This document shows, piece by piece, positions 48,513 to 56,862 of a stretch of 64,000 bases of DNA; the stretch's first letter is position 1; every line of letters starts with the position of its first letter. A program made the translations under genes and the position numbers. Under the pieces are notes generated by a model. The model had not been told where the DNA came from. It did not search any database and was given only the letters and a program-made list of their open reading frames with translations. The stretch comes from Planctomycetota bacterium (GTDB lineage Bacteria; Planctomycetota; PLA2; JAEUHO01). The stretch is taken from assembly GCA_964228555.1 (NCBI GenBank), contig CAXQZU010000009.1:14778-78777 (forward strand), read 5' to 3'.

Positions 48513-48839
48513 TCACTTCAGTGCGTCGGCGCTGGTGGCACGGATGTCGAAGATCGAGGTGAGGTTCGACAGGCGGAACAGGTTCTGCACGGAGGTGGAG
48601 AGCCCGCACAGGCGCAGCCGGCCGCCGTACTTGTTCGTGGCCTGCAGCGCCTCGATGAGCGTGGCCAGCCCGCTGGAGTCGATGAAGGCCACCGCCGTCA
48701 GGTCCACGACCACGGGCGTGGCCTTTTCCTGCAGCGCCGCCCGCAGCTGGGTGCGGAGGTCGGGCGACGTATGCATGTCCACCTGCCCCTCGACGGTGAA
48801 GATGGCAGCGGTGCCCTGGCTGGTGCGGTTGATCTTCAT
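48513..48839 (-). CDS. STAS-domain protein (anti-sigma factor antagonist / MlaB-like)
   Basis: 108 aa, VVDLTAVAFIDSSGLATL with the conserved phosphorylatable Ser. Confidence 0.8.
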   Translation of the reverse strand: MKINRTSQGTAAIFTVEGQVDMHTSPDLRTQLRAALQEKATPVVVDLTAVAFIDSSGLATLIEALQATNKYGGRLRLCGLSTSVQNLFRLSNLTSIFDIRATSADALK

Positions 48840-48866
48840 GCAGGTGGTTCCTGTGGGGGCGTGATC

Positions 48867-49301
48867 CTACGCGAGCGCGGGCGGGGCTGCACGCTTGACG
48901 AGCGTGAGGGTGGTCCCCCCGAAGTCGTTCTTGCGGTACTCCACCGAGTCCATCGTGGCACGCATCAGGTGCACGCCCAGGCCGCCGGGGCGGATCTCGT
49001 CGAGGGGGCGAGACTGGATCTGGCTGGGGTCCACGAAGCGGCCCCGGTCCACCACCTCCACCTGGACCCAGCCGGGGCGGGCACGCAGGTCGATGTCCAC
49101 GGGCTGGTCGTGGCGGTCACGGTAGGCGTGGCGGATGACGTTGGAGACGGCCTCGCTGACAGCCAGCAGCAGCGTGTCCCGGGCCTCGTCGCCGAAGCCC
49201 GCCAGCTCGGCGCCCTGCTGGGCCAGCGCGCGCACCAGCGGCAGGTAGCGCGGGTCGCTGCACAGGCTGACGTGGATGCGGTCGGGGGCGGCCTCGCTCA
49301 C
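48867..49301 (-). CDS. anti-sigma regulatory factor (RsbW/SpoIIAB-like serine kinase, HATPase_c)
   Basis: C-terminal 144 aa of ORF 48867..49664. N-box AVSEAVSNVIRHAY, G-box GGLGVHLM. GTG at 49301 forms a GTGA overlap with the upstream lipoprotein stop. Confidence 0.7.
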   Translation of the reverse strand: MSEAAPDRIHVSLCSDPRYLPLVRALAQQGAELAGFGDEARDTLLLAVSEAVSNVIRHAYRDRHDQPVDIDLRARPGWVQVEVVDRGRFVDPSQIQSRPLDEIRPGGLGVHLMRATMDSVEYRKNDFGGTTLTLVKRAAPPALA

Positions 49302-49720
49302 GGCTGGCTCCCGCCGGAGGCCGTGCGACCCGCCCACCACGCACGCCACGCCTCGACCTGCGCACGCTGCTCGTCGGGGCTGGCGTAGGGCCGGTAGCCC
49401 GTGTCGTGGCCCGTGAGCAGGCGCAGGCTGCGGCCTGCCATCAGGCGCACGGTGGCGTCCTCGTCGTCGAGCAGCTCGATCAAGGCCGGCACCAGGCCGT
49501 CGAGGCCGAGGCGGGCCGCCTCGCCCGCGGCCTGCGCCCGTATGGAGGGGTTCGGGCTGGCAAGGTCCTCGGCCGGCTTCAATGGGCGCGGCGGGCTGCT
49601 GCACGCACCGAGGGCGAGCAGGGCCAGCAGCAGGGCCGTCCCGCAACCTGGGCGCACCCGCCACCCGTCCCCGGAGCCGGCGCGAAGGCTGCTCCGGCCA
49701 AGGACCGTCATCGGGCGCAC
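49298..49720 (-). CDS. HEAT-repeat lipoprotein with Trp-rich C-terminal motif
   Basis: Lipobox LLALLALGACSS; HEAT repeat VPALIELLDDEDATVRLMAGRSL; tail LRLLTGHDTGYRPYASPDEQRAQVEAWRAWW is shared with several paralogs in this window. Confidence 0.6.
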   Translation of the reverse strand: MRPMTVLGRSSLRAGSGDGWRVRPGCGTALLLALLALGACSSPPRPLKPAEDLASPNPSIRAQAAGEAARLGLDGLVPALIELLDDEDATVRLMAGRSLRLLTGHDTGYRPYASPDEQRAQVEAWRAWWAGRTASGGSQP

Positions 49721-49849
49721 GCTCCAGCGGCCAGGCTCGGCCAGGCCGTGGGCGCGATTGTGGGCGCGGACTGCCGCGAACGCAACCTCACAGGGCCCAC
49801 CGTGCTGGCCGCAGGCGCTTTCCCATGCCCGCCGCGCCCGGCCCCGGCC

Positions 49850-50836
49850 TCAGGCCAGCGAGCCCTGCTCCCGGTACCACCGTGCGGTGGCCTGGAGGCC
49901 CTCCGCCAGCGACAGGCGCGCCCGCCATCCCATGACACGGGCCACGGCCTCGCCCGAGCACACCCAGTGCCCCTCGCCCACCTCGGCCACCCGCTCGCGG
50001 CTCAAGAGCAGCGGGCGCCGTGCCAGCTGCCCCAGCGCCTCGGCGCATGACCCCAGCAGGCGCGCCGCAGACGACGGCAGGGCGAGCCGCCTCGGCTCAC
50101 GGCCCACCGCGACGGCGAGCGCTCGCGCCAGCCCCTCCTGCGTCACGGGCGGGTCGCTCGTGATGAACCAGGCCTTGCCCCGTGCCGCAGGCGAGCGGCC
50201 CGCGACCAGCATGCCCGCCGCCAGGTCCTCGACGTGCACGAGGCTCAGGCGCCGGCTGCCTGCGCCCAGCACGGGCAGCAGGCCGCGAGCCACGGCCTGG
50301 AACAGCGCGAGGAAGTCGCGGTCACGGGGCCCGTACACGGCCGGCGGCCGCACGATCACCCACGACAGGTCCCCGCCCAGTGCCTGCAGCCCCTGCTCGG
50401 CCAGGCGCTTGCTGCGCCCGTAGGTCGTGACGGGCCGTAGCGGCGCATCCTCGGCGAGGGCACGCCCGTCGGCCGAGGGCCCCACCGCCGCCAGCGAGGA
50501 GCAGAAGACGAAGCGCTGCACGCCCGCGGCGGCCGCATGCCGGGCCAGCGTCAGGGTGGCGTCGGCATTCACGCGCACCATCTGGCGCCGCGTGCGCGAG
50601 CGCGTGAGCGCGCCCAGGTGCCACACCTCGTCGACGCCGCGCACGGCGTCGGCCAGCCCACGGCCGCTCTCGAGATCGCCCGCCACCACCTCGACGGGCA
50701 GGCCGCGCAGGCGCTCGGGCACCCCCTGCCGCGCGAGGCAACGGAGCTGGGCACCCCCGGCCAGCAGCCGCTCGACGAGGTGGCTGCCGACGAAGCCATG
50801 GGCACCGGTCACGAGGGCCTTCACCCGCGCGAGCAT
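49850..50836 (-). CDS. NAD-dependent epimerase/dehydratase family reductase (candidate ceramide reductase CerR)
   Basis: Start MLARVKALVTGAHGFVGSHL (ATG 50836) inside ORF 49850..50884. Extended SDR Rossmann motif and YxxxK-like YGRSK. Divergent from the spt gene. Confidence 0.75.
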   Translation of the reverse strand: MLARVKALVTGAHGFVGSHLVERLLAGGAQLRCLARQGVPERLRGLPVEVVAGDLESGRGLADAVRGVDEVWHLGALTRSRTRRQMVRVNADATLTLARHAAAAGVQRFVFCSSLAAVGPSADGRALAEDAPLRPVTTYGRSKRLAEQGLQALGGDLSWVIVRPPAVYGPRDRDFLALFQAVARGLLPVLGAGSRRLSLVHVEDLAAGMLVAGRSPAARGKAWFITSDPPVTQEGLARALAVAVGREPRRLALPSSAARLLGSCAEALGQLARRPLLLSRERVAEVGEGHWVCSGEAVARVMGWRARLSLAEGLQATARWYREQGSLA

Positions 50837-51030
50837 ACGGCCGTCGGCACGGCCCCCGCCGCGGCGGCCGCCCGCCACGCCCACGCTCGCTGCCGGCGTG
50901 GTTCACTGTCGGCATCCCCCCTACGATGAGACGAGACCGCGGGCGCAGGCGGCCCGGTCGCCAGGCCTCCCCGGGCCCCAAGACCAGCCCTCGCGTCCCC
51001 GGCCGCCCCACCCCACGAGGACGTCCCGCC

Positions 51031-52227
51031 TTGGACCTGTTCGAGAAGGCCGCCCGCTTCGCGCGCGCTGACCTGCTCAAGCAAGCGGGCCTCTACCCGT
51101 ACTTCCGGGCCATCGAGGAGAGCGAGGGCGGGCGCCGGGTGCGCATCGGCGGCCGCACCATCGTGATGGCCGGGTCGAACAACTACCTGGGCCTCACCCA
51201 CGACCCCCGCGTGCTGGAGGCGGCGCGCGAGGCCGTCAGCCGCTACGGCGCGGGCTGCACCGGCTCGCGCTTCCTGAACGGCACGCTGGCCCTCCACGAG
51301 CAGCTGGAGGAGCGCCTGGCGCGCTTCCTGGGCCAGGAGGCCTGCATCACCTCGGGCACCGGCTTCCAGACCAACGTGGGCGCGATCTCGGCACTGGCCT
51401 CCAGCCGCGAGGACCTGATCTTCGGCGACCGCGACAACCACGCCTCCATCATCGATGGCTGCCGCCTCTCCTTCGCCAAGCAGCTGAAGTACCGCCACAA
51501 CGACATGGACGACCTCGGGCGCCTGCTGCGCGAGACGCCCGTGAGCGAGGGCGGCTCGCGGCTGGTGGTGACCGATGGCGTGTTCAGCATGCTGGGCGAC
51601 CTGGCCCCGCTGCAGCGCATGCTGCCGCTGGCGCACGAGCACGGTGCCCGCGTGATGGTGGACGACGCACACGCCCTGGGCGTGCTGGGCGCGCGCGGGC
51701 GCGGGACGGCCGAGCACCTGGGCGTGCACGACCAGGTCGACCTCATCAGCGGCACCTTCAGCAAGAGCATGGCCTGCCTGGGCGGCTTCGTGGCCGGCCC
51801 GCGCGTCGTGGTGGACCTGATCAAGCACACCAGCCGCTCGGTCATCTTCTCGGCCAGCATGACGCCCGCCAGCGTGGCCACCGTGCTGGCCTGCCTCGAC
51901 ATCGTCGAGCGCGAGCCGGCACGTCGCGAGCGCCTGTGGGCCAACGTGCGGCGCATGAAGCAAGGCTTCCAGGAGATGGGCCTCGAGGTCATCGACGGGG
52001 GCAGCCCCATCCTGAGCGTGGTGGTGGGCGAGGAGCAGCCCACGCTGGAGTTCAACAACCTGCTCTTCGCGCACGGCGTGTTCGTCAATCCCGTGATCCC
52101 GCCGGCCGTGCCGCAGGGCATGTGCCTGCTGCGCACCTCGTACATGGCCACCCACACCGACGAGGACCTCGACGCCATCCTCGCGGGCTTCAAGAAGGTG
52201 GGCGAGCGCCTGCGCGTCCTGCGCTAG
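51031..52227 (+). CDS. spt: serine palmitoyltransferase-like alpha-oxoamine synthase (class II PLP aminotransferase)
   Basis: LDLFEKAARFARADLLKQAGLYPYFRAIE matches the SPT N-terminus; PLP-lysine motif GTFSKSMACLGG; N(N)YLGL. Start placed at TTG 51031 (GAGGA 11 nt upstream); ORF track starts at 50926 with an unlikely Arg/Pro-rich leader. Confidence 0.8.
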   Translation: MDLFEKAARFARADLLKQAGLYPYFRAIEESEGGRRVRIGGRTIVMAGSNNYLGLTHDPRVLEAAREAVSRYGAGCTGSRFLNGTLALHEQLEERLARFLGQEACITSGTGFQTNVGAISALASSREDLIFGDRDNHASIIDGCRLSFAKQLKYRHNDMDDLGRLLRETPVSEGGSRLVVTDGVFSMLGDLAPLQRMLPLAHEHGARVMVDDAHALGVLGARGRGTAEHLGVHDQVDLISGTFSKSMACLGGFVAGPRVVVDLIKHTSRSVIFSASMTPASVATVLACLDIVEREPARRERLWANVRRMKQGFQEMGLEVIDGGSPILSVVVGEEQPTLEFNNLLFAHGVFVNPVIPPAVPQGMCLLRTSYMATHTDEDLDAILAGFKKVGERLRVLR

Positions 52228-52245
52228 GCGGCCCGCGTCCCGCCC

Positions 52246-53388
52246 GTGCCCTTGCAGGACCTCGAGGTGCGCGCCACGCGCCCGGGCCGCGAGGAACGCC
52301 TGTTCCTGCGCCTTCCCTACCGCCTCTACGACGGCCAGCCCGGGTGGGTCCCCCCGCTGCGCATGGCCGAGGCGGCCCTGCAGGACCGCCGCTCCAACCC
52401 CTTCTTCCGGCACAGCGAGGCCCAGCACTTCCTCGCATGGCAGGGCGGACGCGTGGTGGGCCGCGTGGCCGCCATCGAGAACCGGCGCCACAACGAGGTG
52501 CACGCCGAGCGCATCGGATTCTTCGGGTTCCTGGACGCCGAGCCCCGCGTGCAGGTGTTCCGGGCGCTGCTGGAGGCTGCGGCCGCGTGGTGCCGGCAGC
52601 GCGGCCTGCTCGCGCTGCGCGGACCCGCCTCCTACAGCACCAACGACACCTGCGGCACGCTGGTCGAGGGCTTCGGGCAGCGGCCCGCGGTGCAGATGCC
52701 CTGGAACCCGCCGGGCACCGACGCGCTGCTGCAGTCCGCCGGGCTGCGTCCGGCCCAGGACCTGGTGGCCTGCTGGCTGGCCGCGTCGCTGCCCGCCCCC
52801 GAGCGCTTCGAGCGGGTCGTGTCGCGCCGCCTCGAGCGCAGCGGCATCCGGCTGCGCCCGCTGGACCTGCGCGACTTCGCGCGCGAGGTGGAGGTGCTGC
52901 GCGACCTCTACAACCGCTCCTGGGAACGCAACTGGGGCTTCGTGCCGGCCACCGAGGAAGAGTTCCGCCACGCGGCCAAGGACCTCAAGTCCGTGGTCTC
53001 TCCGCAGCTCTCCTGCGTGGCCGAGGAGCAAGGCCGCCCGGTGGGATTCTGCGCCGTGCTGCGGGACGTGAACGCCGTGCTGGCCCCGCGCGGCCACGGG
53101 GGCCTGTTGCCCACCAACCTCTGGCGCCTGCTGGTGGGGCTGCCGCGCGTGCGCCGCTACCGCGTGATCGCGCTGGGCGTCGTGCCGGAGGCGCGCGGCA
53201 AGGCCATCAACGAGGCGTTCTTCCTGCATGCCCACGCTGCCTGCCGCCGCCTGGGCCATGAGGGCGCCGAGGCCTCGTGGATCCTCGCGGACAACCAGCG
53301 CATGCTGGCGCCCATCGAGGCCATGGGCGGCGTGGTGACCAAGCGCTACCGGCTCTACGAGCAGCCCTTGGCGCCGTCCACGCCCTAG
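52246..53388 (+). CDS. GNAT-fold N-acyltransferase-like protein (candidate bacterial ceramide synthase bCerS)
   Basis: 380 aa, 18 nt downstream of spt; approximately 380-aa acyl-CoA N-acyltransferase-like architecture (RLPYRLYDGQPGWVPPL, NPFFRHSE, FGFLDA). Confidence 0.65.
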   Translation: MPLQDLEVRATRPGREERLFLRLPYRLYDGQPGWVPPLRMAEAALQDRRSNPFFRHSEAQHFLAWQGGRVVGRVAAIENRRHNEVHAERIGFFGFLDAEPRVQVFRALLEAAAAWCRQRGLLALRGPASYSTNDTCGTLVEGFGQRPAVQMPWNPPGTDALLQSAGLRPAQDLVACWLAASLPAPERFERVVSRRLERSGIRLRPLDLRDFAREVEVLRDLYNRSWERNWGFVPATEEEFRHAAKDLKSVVSPQLSCVAEEQGRPVGFCAVLRDVNAVLAPRGHGGLLPTNLWRLLVGLPRVRRYRVIALGVVPEARGKAINEAFFLHAHAACRRLGHEGAEASWILADNQRMLAPIEAMGGVVTKRYRLYEQPLAPSTP

Positions 53389-53409
53389 GCGGCGAGCGCC
53401 GCCGCGGGG

Positions 53410-54822
53410 CTAGCCGCGCGGCTGGCCCTGCCGCAGGCGCACGTCGGCCTCGTTGTCCTTCCACCAGGCCCCCCAGGCCTTCTGGGCGCGCTTGAGCTCG
53501 TTGCGGGGCTGGCCGGCCTGGAAGGGCTCCTGGTGGCCCGTGATGGCGATGAGCGCCTGCTGGGCCGCGGTCTGGACCAGCTGCTCCCGGTCGTCCAGCG
53601 CCTCGATCAGGCCCGGCACGGCGTCACAGGCCTTGAGCTCGCGCAGCGCGTCGGCGGCGCCCAGCCGCACGTAGAAATCCCGATGCGACTTGAGCGCCGC
53701 GAGCAGGGCGTTGACCGCCCGCAGGTCCTTGAGCTCGGCCAGCTTGATGGTGGCGTTGAAGGCGATGCCCGCGTTGGGATCCTTGAGCAGGGCCACCCAG
53801 TGCTGCAGCATGCCGTCGTCGGCCGTGGGCGCCGTGGGTGCGGCGGGCCCCGGTGCCGCGGGCGCCGCGGGTGCTGCCGGAGCCGGCGCGGGCGGGGCGG
53901 GCACCGGCGCCGCCGGCGCAGCCTCGGGCTGCCGCGCCCGCGCAGGCTGGCCGCTGGCGCGCGCCTGCACGTCGCGCAGCCAGTCGTAGACCTGCCGCAG
54001 GCGGGCATCCAGCGTGCGCAGCGTCGCGTCCGAGGCCTCCAGGCGGGACTGCGTGCCCGCCTGCAGATCCTTCACCTGCTCGGACAGTGCCTGCAGCTCG
54101 GTGCGCACAGCCTGGCCCGCCTGCACCTGCTGGGCCAGCGCCGCCTGCTGCGCATCGAGGATGCCCAGGCGCTCGTCCGGGGCGCGGCGCGCGTCGGCCA
54201 GCGTGCGCGCGGCCTGCTCCTCGATGGCGGCCGCCACCGCCGGGCTCACGGCCTGCGTCTGCGCCGGGCGCAGGCGGTCGTAGAGCACCCAGCCGGCGGC
54301 GCCGAGAGCCAGCAAGGCCAGCAGCGTGGCCAGCGGCGCGCCCCGGCGCGGCGGCGCCAGCAGGCGACGGCCCACGCAGGCGGGGCACAAGGCCCTGCCG
54401 CCCGCCCGCACAGCCCTGCCCGTGCCGAAGTCCGCCTCGGGCACCGACTGGCTGCAGCCCGCGCAGAAGGAAATGGTCACCGGGGCGCTCCCCGCCGGCA
54501 GCTTGGCCACGGACGGCGGCAGGTCCAGCCCCAGCGGGGCGGTGCGCGCGCCCACCGGCCGGTCCGCCAGCTGCTCGAGGGCGAGGCAGGCCGCGCACGC
54601 GTTGCGGCCGGCCACGCTGCGAGCCTTGCCCAGCGCCACGTCCGCGTCCGGGATCGACTCGTGGCAGGCGTCGCAGAAGCGCAGCTCGATGCCCGCGCCC
54701 GGAGCCGACGCCGCGATGCAGGCTGCGCAGGCATGCCGGCCGCCGGCCGTGCGCGCGCGGCCCGCCGCGAAGTCGGCGTCCGGGATCGACGCCTGGCACG
54801 CCTCGCAGAATCGGATGTCCAT
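53410..54822 (-). CDS. triple MJ0042-type zinc-ribbon / TM / coiled-coil / HEAT-repeat protein with Trp-rich C-terminus
   Basis: ATG 54822 (MDIRFCEAC). Three tandem CxxC...CxxC ribbons (RFCEACQASIPDADF...ACAAC; RFCDACHESIPDADV...ACAAC; SFCAGCSQSVPEADF...CPAC), TM LATLLALLALGAAGWVLY, coiled coil, PAPAAPAAP linker, HEAT repeats, tail IAITGHQEPF...AWGAWW. Confidence 0.7.
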   Translation of the reverse strand: MDIRFCEACQASIPDADFAAGRARTAGGRHACAACIAASAPGAGIELRFCDACHESIPDADVALGKARSVAGRNACAACLALEQLADRPVGARTAPLGLDLPPSVAKLPAGSAPVTISFCAGCSQSVPEADFGTGRAVRAGGRALCPACVGRRLLAPPRRGAPLATLLALLALGAAGWVLYDRLRPAQTQAVSPAVAAAIEEQAARTLADARRAPDERLGILDAQQAALAQQVQAGQAVRTELQALSEQVKDLQAGTQSRLEASDATLRTLDARLRQVYDWLRDVQARASGQPARARQPEAAPAAPVPAPPAPAPAAPAAPAAPGPAAPTAPTADDGMLQHWVALLKDPNAGIAFNATIKLAELKDLRAVNALLAALKSHRDFYVRLGAADALRELKACDAVPGLIEALDDREQLVQTAAQQALIAITGHQEPFQAGQPRNELKRAQKAWGAWWKDNEADVRLRQGQPRG

Positions 54823-54915
54823 GCATGCCTCGCACACGGGGGACGCCGGCCGTCCGCCGCCCCCCCATCCTACCCGCGCACGCCACGCAGGGGGCGGCCC
54901 CTGCCGGCGCAAGGC

Positions 54916-55863
54916 CTAGCCGGCCTTGGGCTGCTTGAGCCGCTCGCGCACCGCCGCCTCGTTGCGGTTCCACCACTCCAGCATCTCGCCGCGAGCCTTG
55001 CTGCGCTCGGCGGGACGGGCCTGCGGCGTCAGCCCGAGGTCGTGCTCGGTGATGAGGCGCAGGGACTTGCCCGCCTGCTGCGCGACCATCTGCGTCTTGT
55101 CCTTCAACGCATCGGCCAGGGCCGGCACCGCGTCGCAGGCACGCAGGTCGCCCAGGGCGCTGGCCGCGGCCTGGCGCATCAGGTAGTCGTCGTGCGCGGC
55201 CAGGATCTTCACCAGCTTGGGGACGGACGCCATCACCTGCCGCCGCGCCACGACGGTGATCGCGGGGTAGATGGTCTCGGGCTGGTCGCTGTCGAGGTCG
55301 GCGAGCGCCTTCTCCACGATGGCCTTCGCGACCAGCGGATCCTCCTGCACGCTGGGCAGCTCCGGCTTGGGCAGGCCAGGCAGGGTGGCCTTCGGGGCCG
55401 CCGGCGTCGCCGCGGGCTTGGGGCCTGCTGCGGGCGCCGCGGCCACCGCCACGGGGCGCTCCTCCACGGCCTTCACGCGGGCCTCGAGGGCGGCCAAGGC
55501 CTTCGTCTCGCGGTCCAGGCCGGCGCTCAGGGTCGTGAGCACGGCCTCCAGCTCCTCCAGCTTGCCCGAGGCCAGGTCGGCTGAGGACTGCACGCGGGCC
55601 TGCGCTTGCTGCAGCCCCTCGGTCGCGCCCGAGAGCAGGTCCTGCAGCCGCTTGAGGCGCTGGTCCAGCTCGCGCTGGGCCGACTGGTCGCGCGCCGCCG
55701 CCGCGCGCTGCACTTCCTCGGCCAGCTGGCGCGCCACCTTGTCCACCTCGGCGCTCGACAGCGCGACGGTGACGGCGGCCGGGGCCTCGGCGCCACGCGG
55801 CAGCAGGGACACGACGCCGGCCGCCAACGCCAGCAGCGACACGACCAGTGCGACCTTGTTCAT
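54916..55863 (-). CDS. membrane-anchored coiled-coil / HEAT-repeat protein, paralog of the C-terminal half of 53410-54822
   Basis: Signal/TM MNKVALVVSLLALAAGVVSLL, coiled coil, Pro/Ala linker, HEAT repeats, tail LRLITEHDLGLTPQ...EMLEWW. Confidence 0.7.
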   Translation of the reverse strand: MNKVALVVSLLALAAGVVSLLPRGAEAPAAVTVALSSAEVDKVARQLAEEVQRAAAARDQSAQRELDQRLKRLQDLLSGATEGLQQAQARVQSSADLASGKLEELEAVLTTLSAGLDRETKALAALEARVKAVEERPVAVAAAPAAGPKPAATPAAPKATLPGLPKPELPSVQEDPLVAKAIVEKALADLDSDQPETIYPAITVVARRQVMASVPKLVKILAAHDDYLMRQAAASALGDLRACDAVPALADALKDKTQMVAQQAGKSLRLITEHDLGLTPQARPAERSKARGEMLEWWNRNEAAVRERLKQPKAG

Positions 55864-55911
55864 GGGCTACCTCGCAGGGAGATGCTACGACGCCACGGGG
55901 GCGACCGAGGC

Positions 55912-56298
55912 CTAGTCTTCCTCGCCCTCGCCACCGCGGCGGGTCTCGAAGTCCCCGCCCTGCGCGATGAGGGCCACGCGTTCCTTCATCTGCCGCCCGA
56001 CCTTGAAGCGCACCACGCGCTTGGCCGGCACGTCCACCTTCTGCAGGGTGCGCGGGTTCTGCGCGATGCGCGCCGCCCGGTCCTTGATCTCGAAGACGCC
56101 GAACTCGCGGAACTCGATGCGGTTGCCCCGGCCCAGCTCGCGGATGATCTCGTCGAGGAAGAGCTGGATCACGTCCTTGACCACGACCTTGGTCTGGGCG
56201 GTGCGCTCGGCGATGCGCGCCACCAGCTCCTTCTTGGTGATCGTGTGGCCGCCAGGGCCACGCGGGCTGTCAGGACGGGGGCTGGGGGGCTGGGGCAT
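55912..56298 (-). CDS. HU/IHF-family DNA-binding protein with Pro-rich N-terminal and acidic C-terminal extensions
   Basis: ITKKELVARIAERT, GNRIEFREFGVFEIKDRAAR, NPRT...V.VPAKRVVRFKVGR: classic IHF/HU fold signatures. Confidence 0.85.
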   Translation of the reverse strand: MPQPPSPRPDSPRGPGGHTITKKELVARIAERTAQTKVVVKDVIQLFLDEIIRELGRGNRIEFREFGVFEIKDRAARIAQNPRTLQKVDVPAKRVVRFKVGRQMKERVALIAQGGDFETRRGGEGEED

Positions 56299-56427
56299 GC
56301 GCGATGGGTCTCCCGGCGCGGGGGGCGCCCGCCGCCGTGGCGGAACTCCCTAGATCGTTGTGGCGCCGAACTTTAGGATCAGGGCTCGCGCCTGTCAAAG
56401 GGCCACCCCCACCCCCACGAGGCAGCC

Positions 56428-56847
56428 ATGGCCCAACCCTCCCTTCCCGACGCCCTCGCGATGCGGGACCTGCGCGCCGGACTGCGTCCCGAGGCCCAGC
56501 GGGAGCAGGTGGCGGCGGCCCTGCGGGCGGACGGCCGGCACGTGCAGGCCCTGCTGCTCTACGAGGGCCGCGCCAGCCACCCGGCCCTGGAGGGCCAGCA
56601 GGCCCGCGCCGTGCGCGAGGGCCGCACCTTCGAGCTGCTGTCCATGCGGCGGCTGGGCCGGCCCGTGCCGGACACCGACCTGCGTGCCGCCGCTGCGGCC
56701 TCCGCAGCAGCCGGACGGCACATGGAGGCACGCCTGGCCCTCACGGCCCTCGGCGACCTCGACGGGGTGCGCGCGCTGGCGGCCTGCCTGCCCCCCAGCC
56801 TCGTGCCGCCCCCGCCGGCACCGCCTGCGGCGCCCGCGAAGGCCTAG
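56428..56847 (+). CDS. hypothetical protein
   Basis: 139-aa ATG ORF divergent from the IHF-like gene; non-repetitive N-terminal 95 aa; no family recognised; could be spurious. Confidence 0.3.
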   Translation: MAQPSLPDALAMRDLRAGLRPEAQREQVAAALRADGRHVQALLLYEGRASHPALEGQQARAVREGRTFELLSMRRLGRPVPDTDLRAAAAASAAAGRHMEARLALTALGDLDGVRALAACLPPSLVPPPPAPPAAPAKA

Positions 56848-56862
56848 CCCGCCCCGGCGGGC

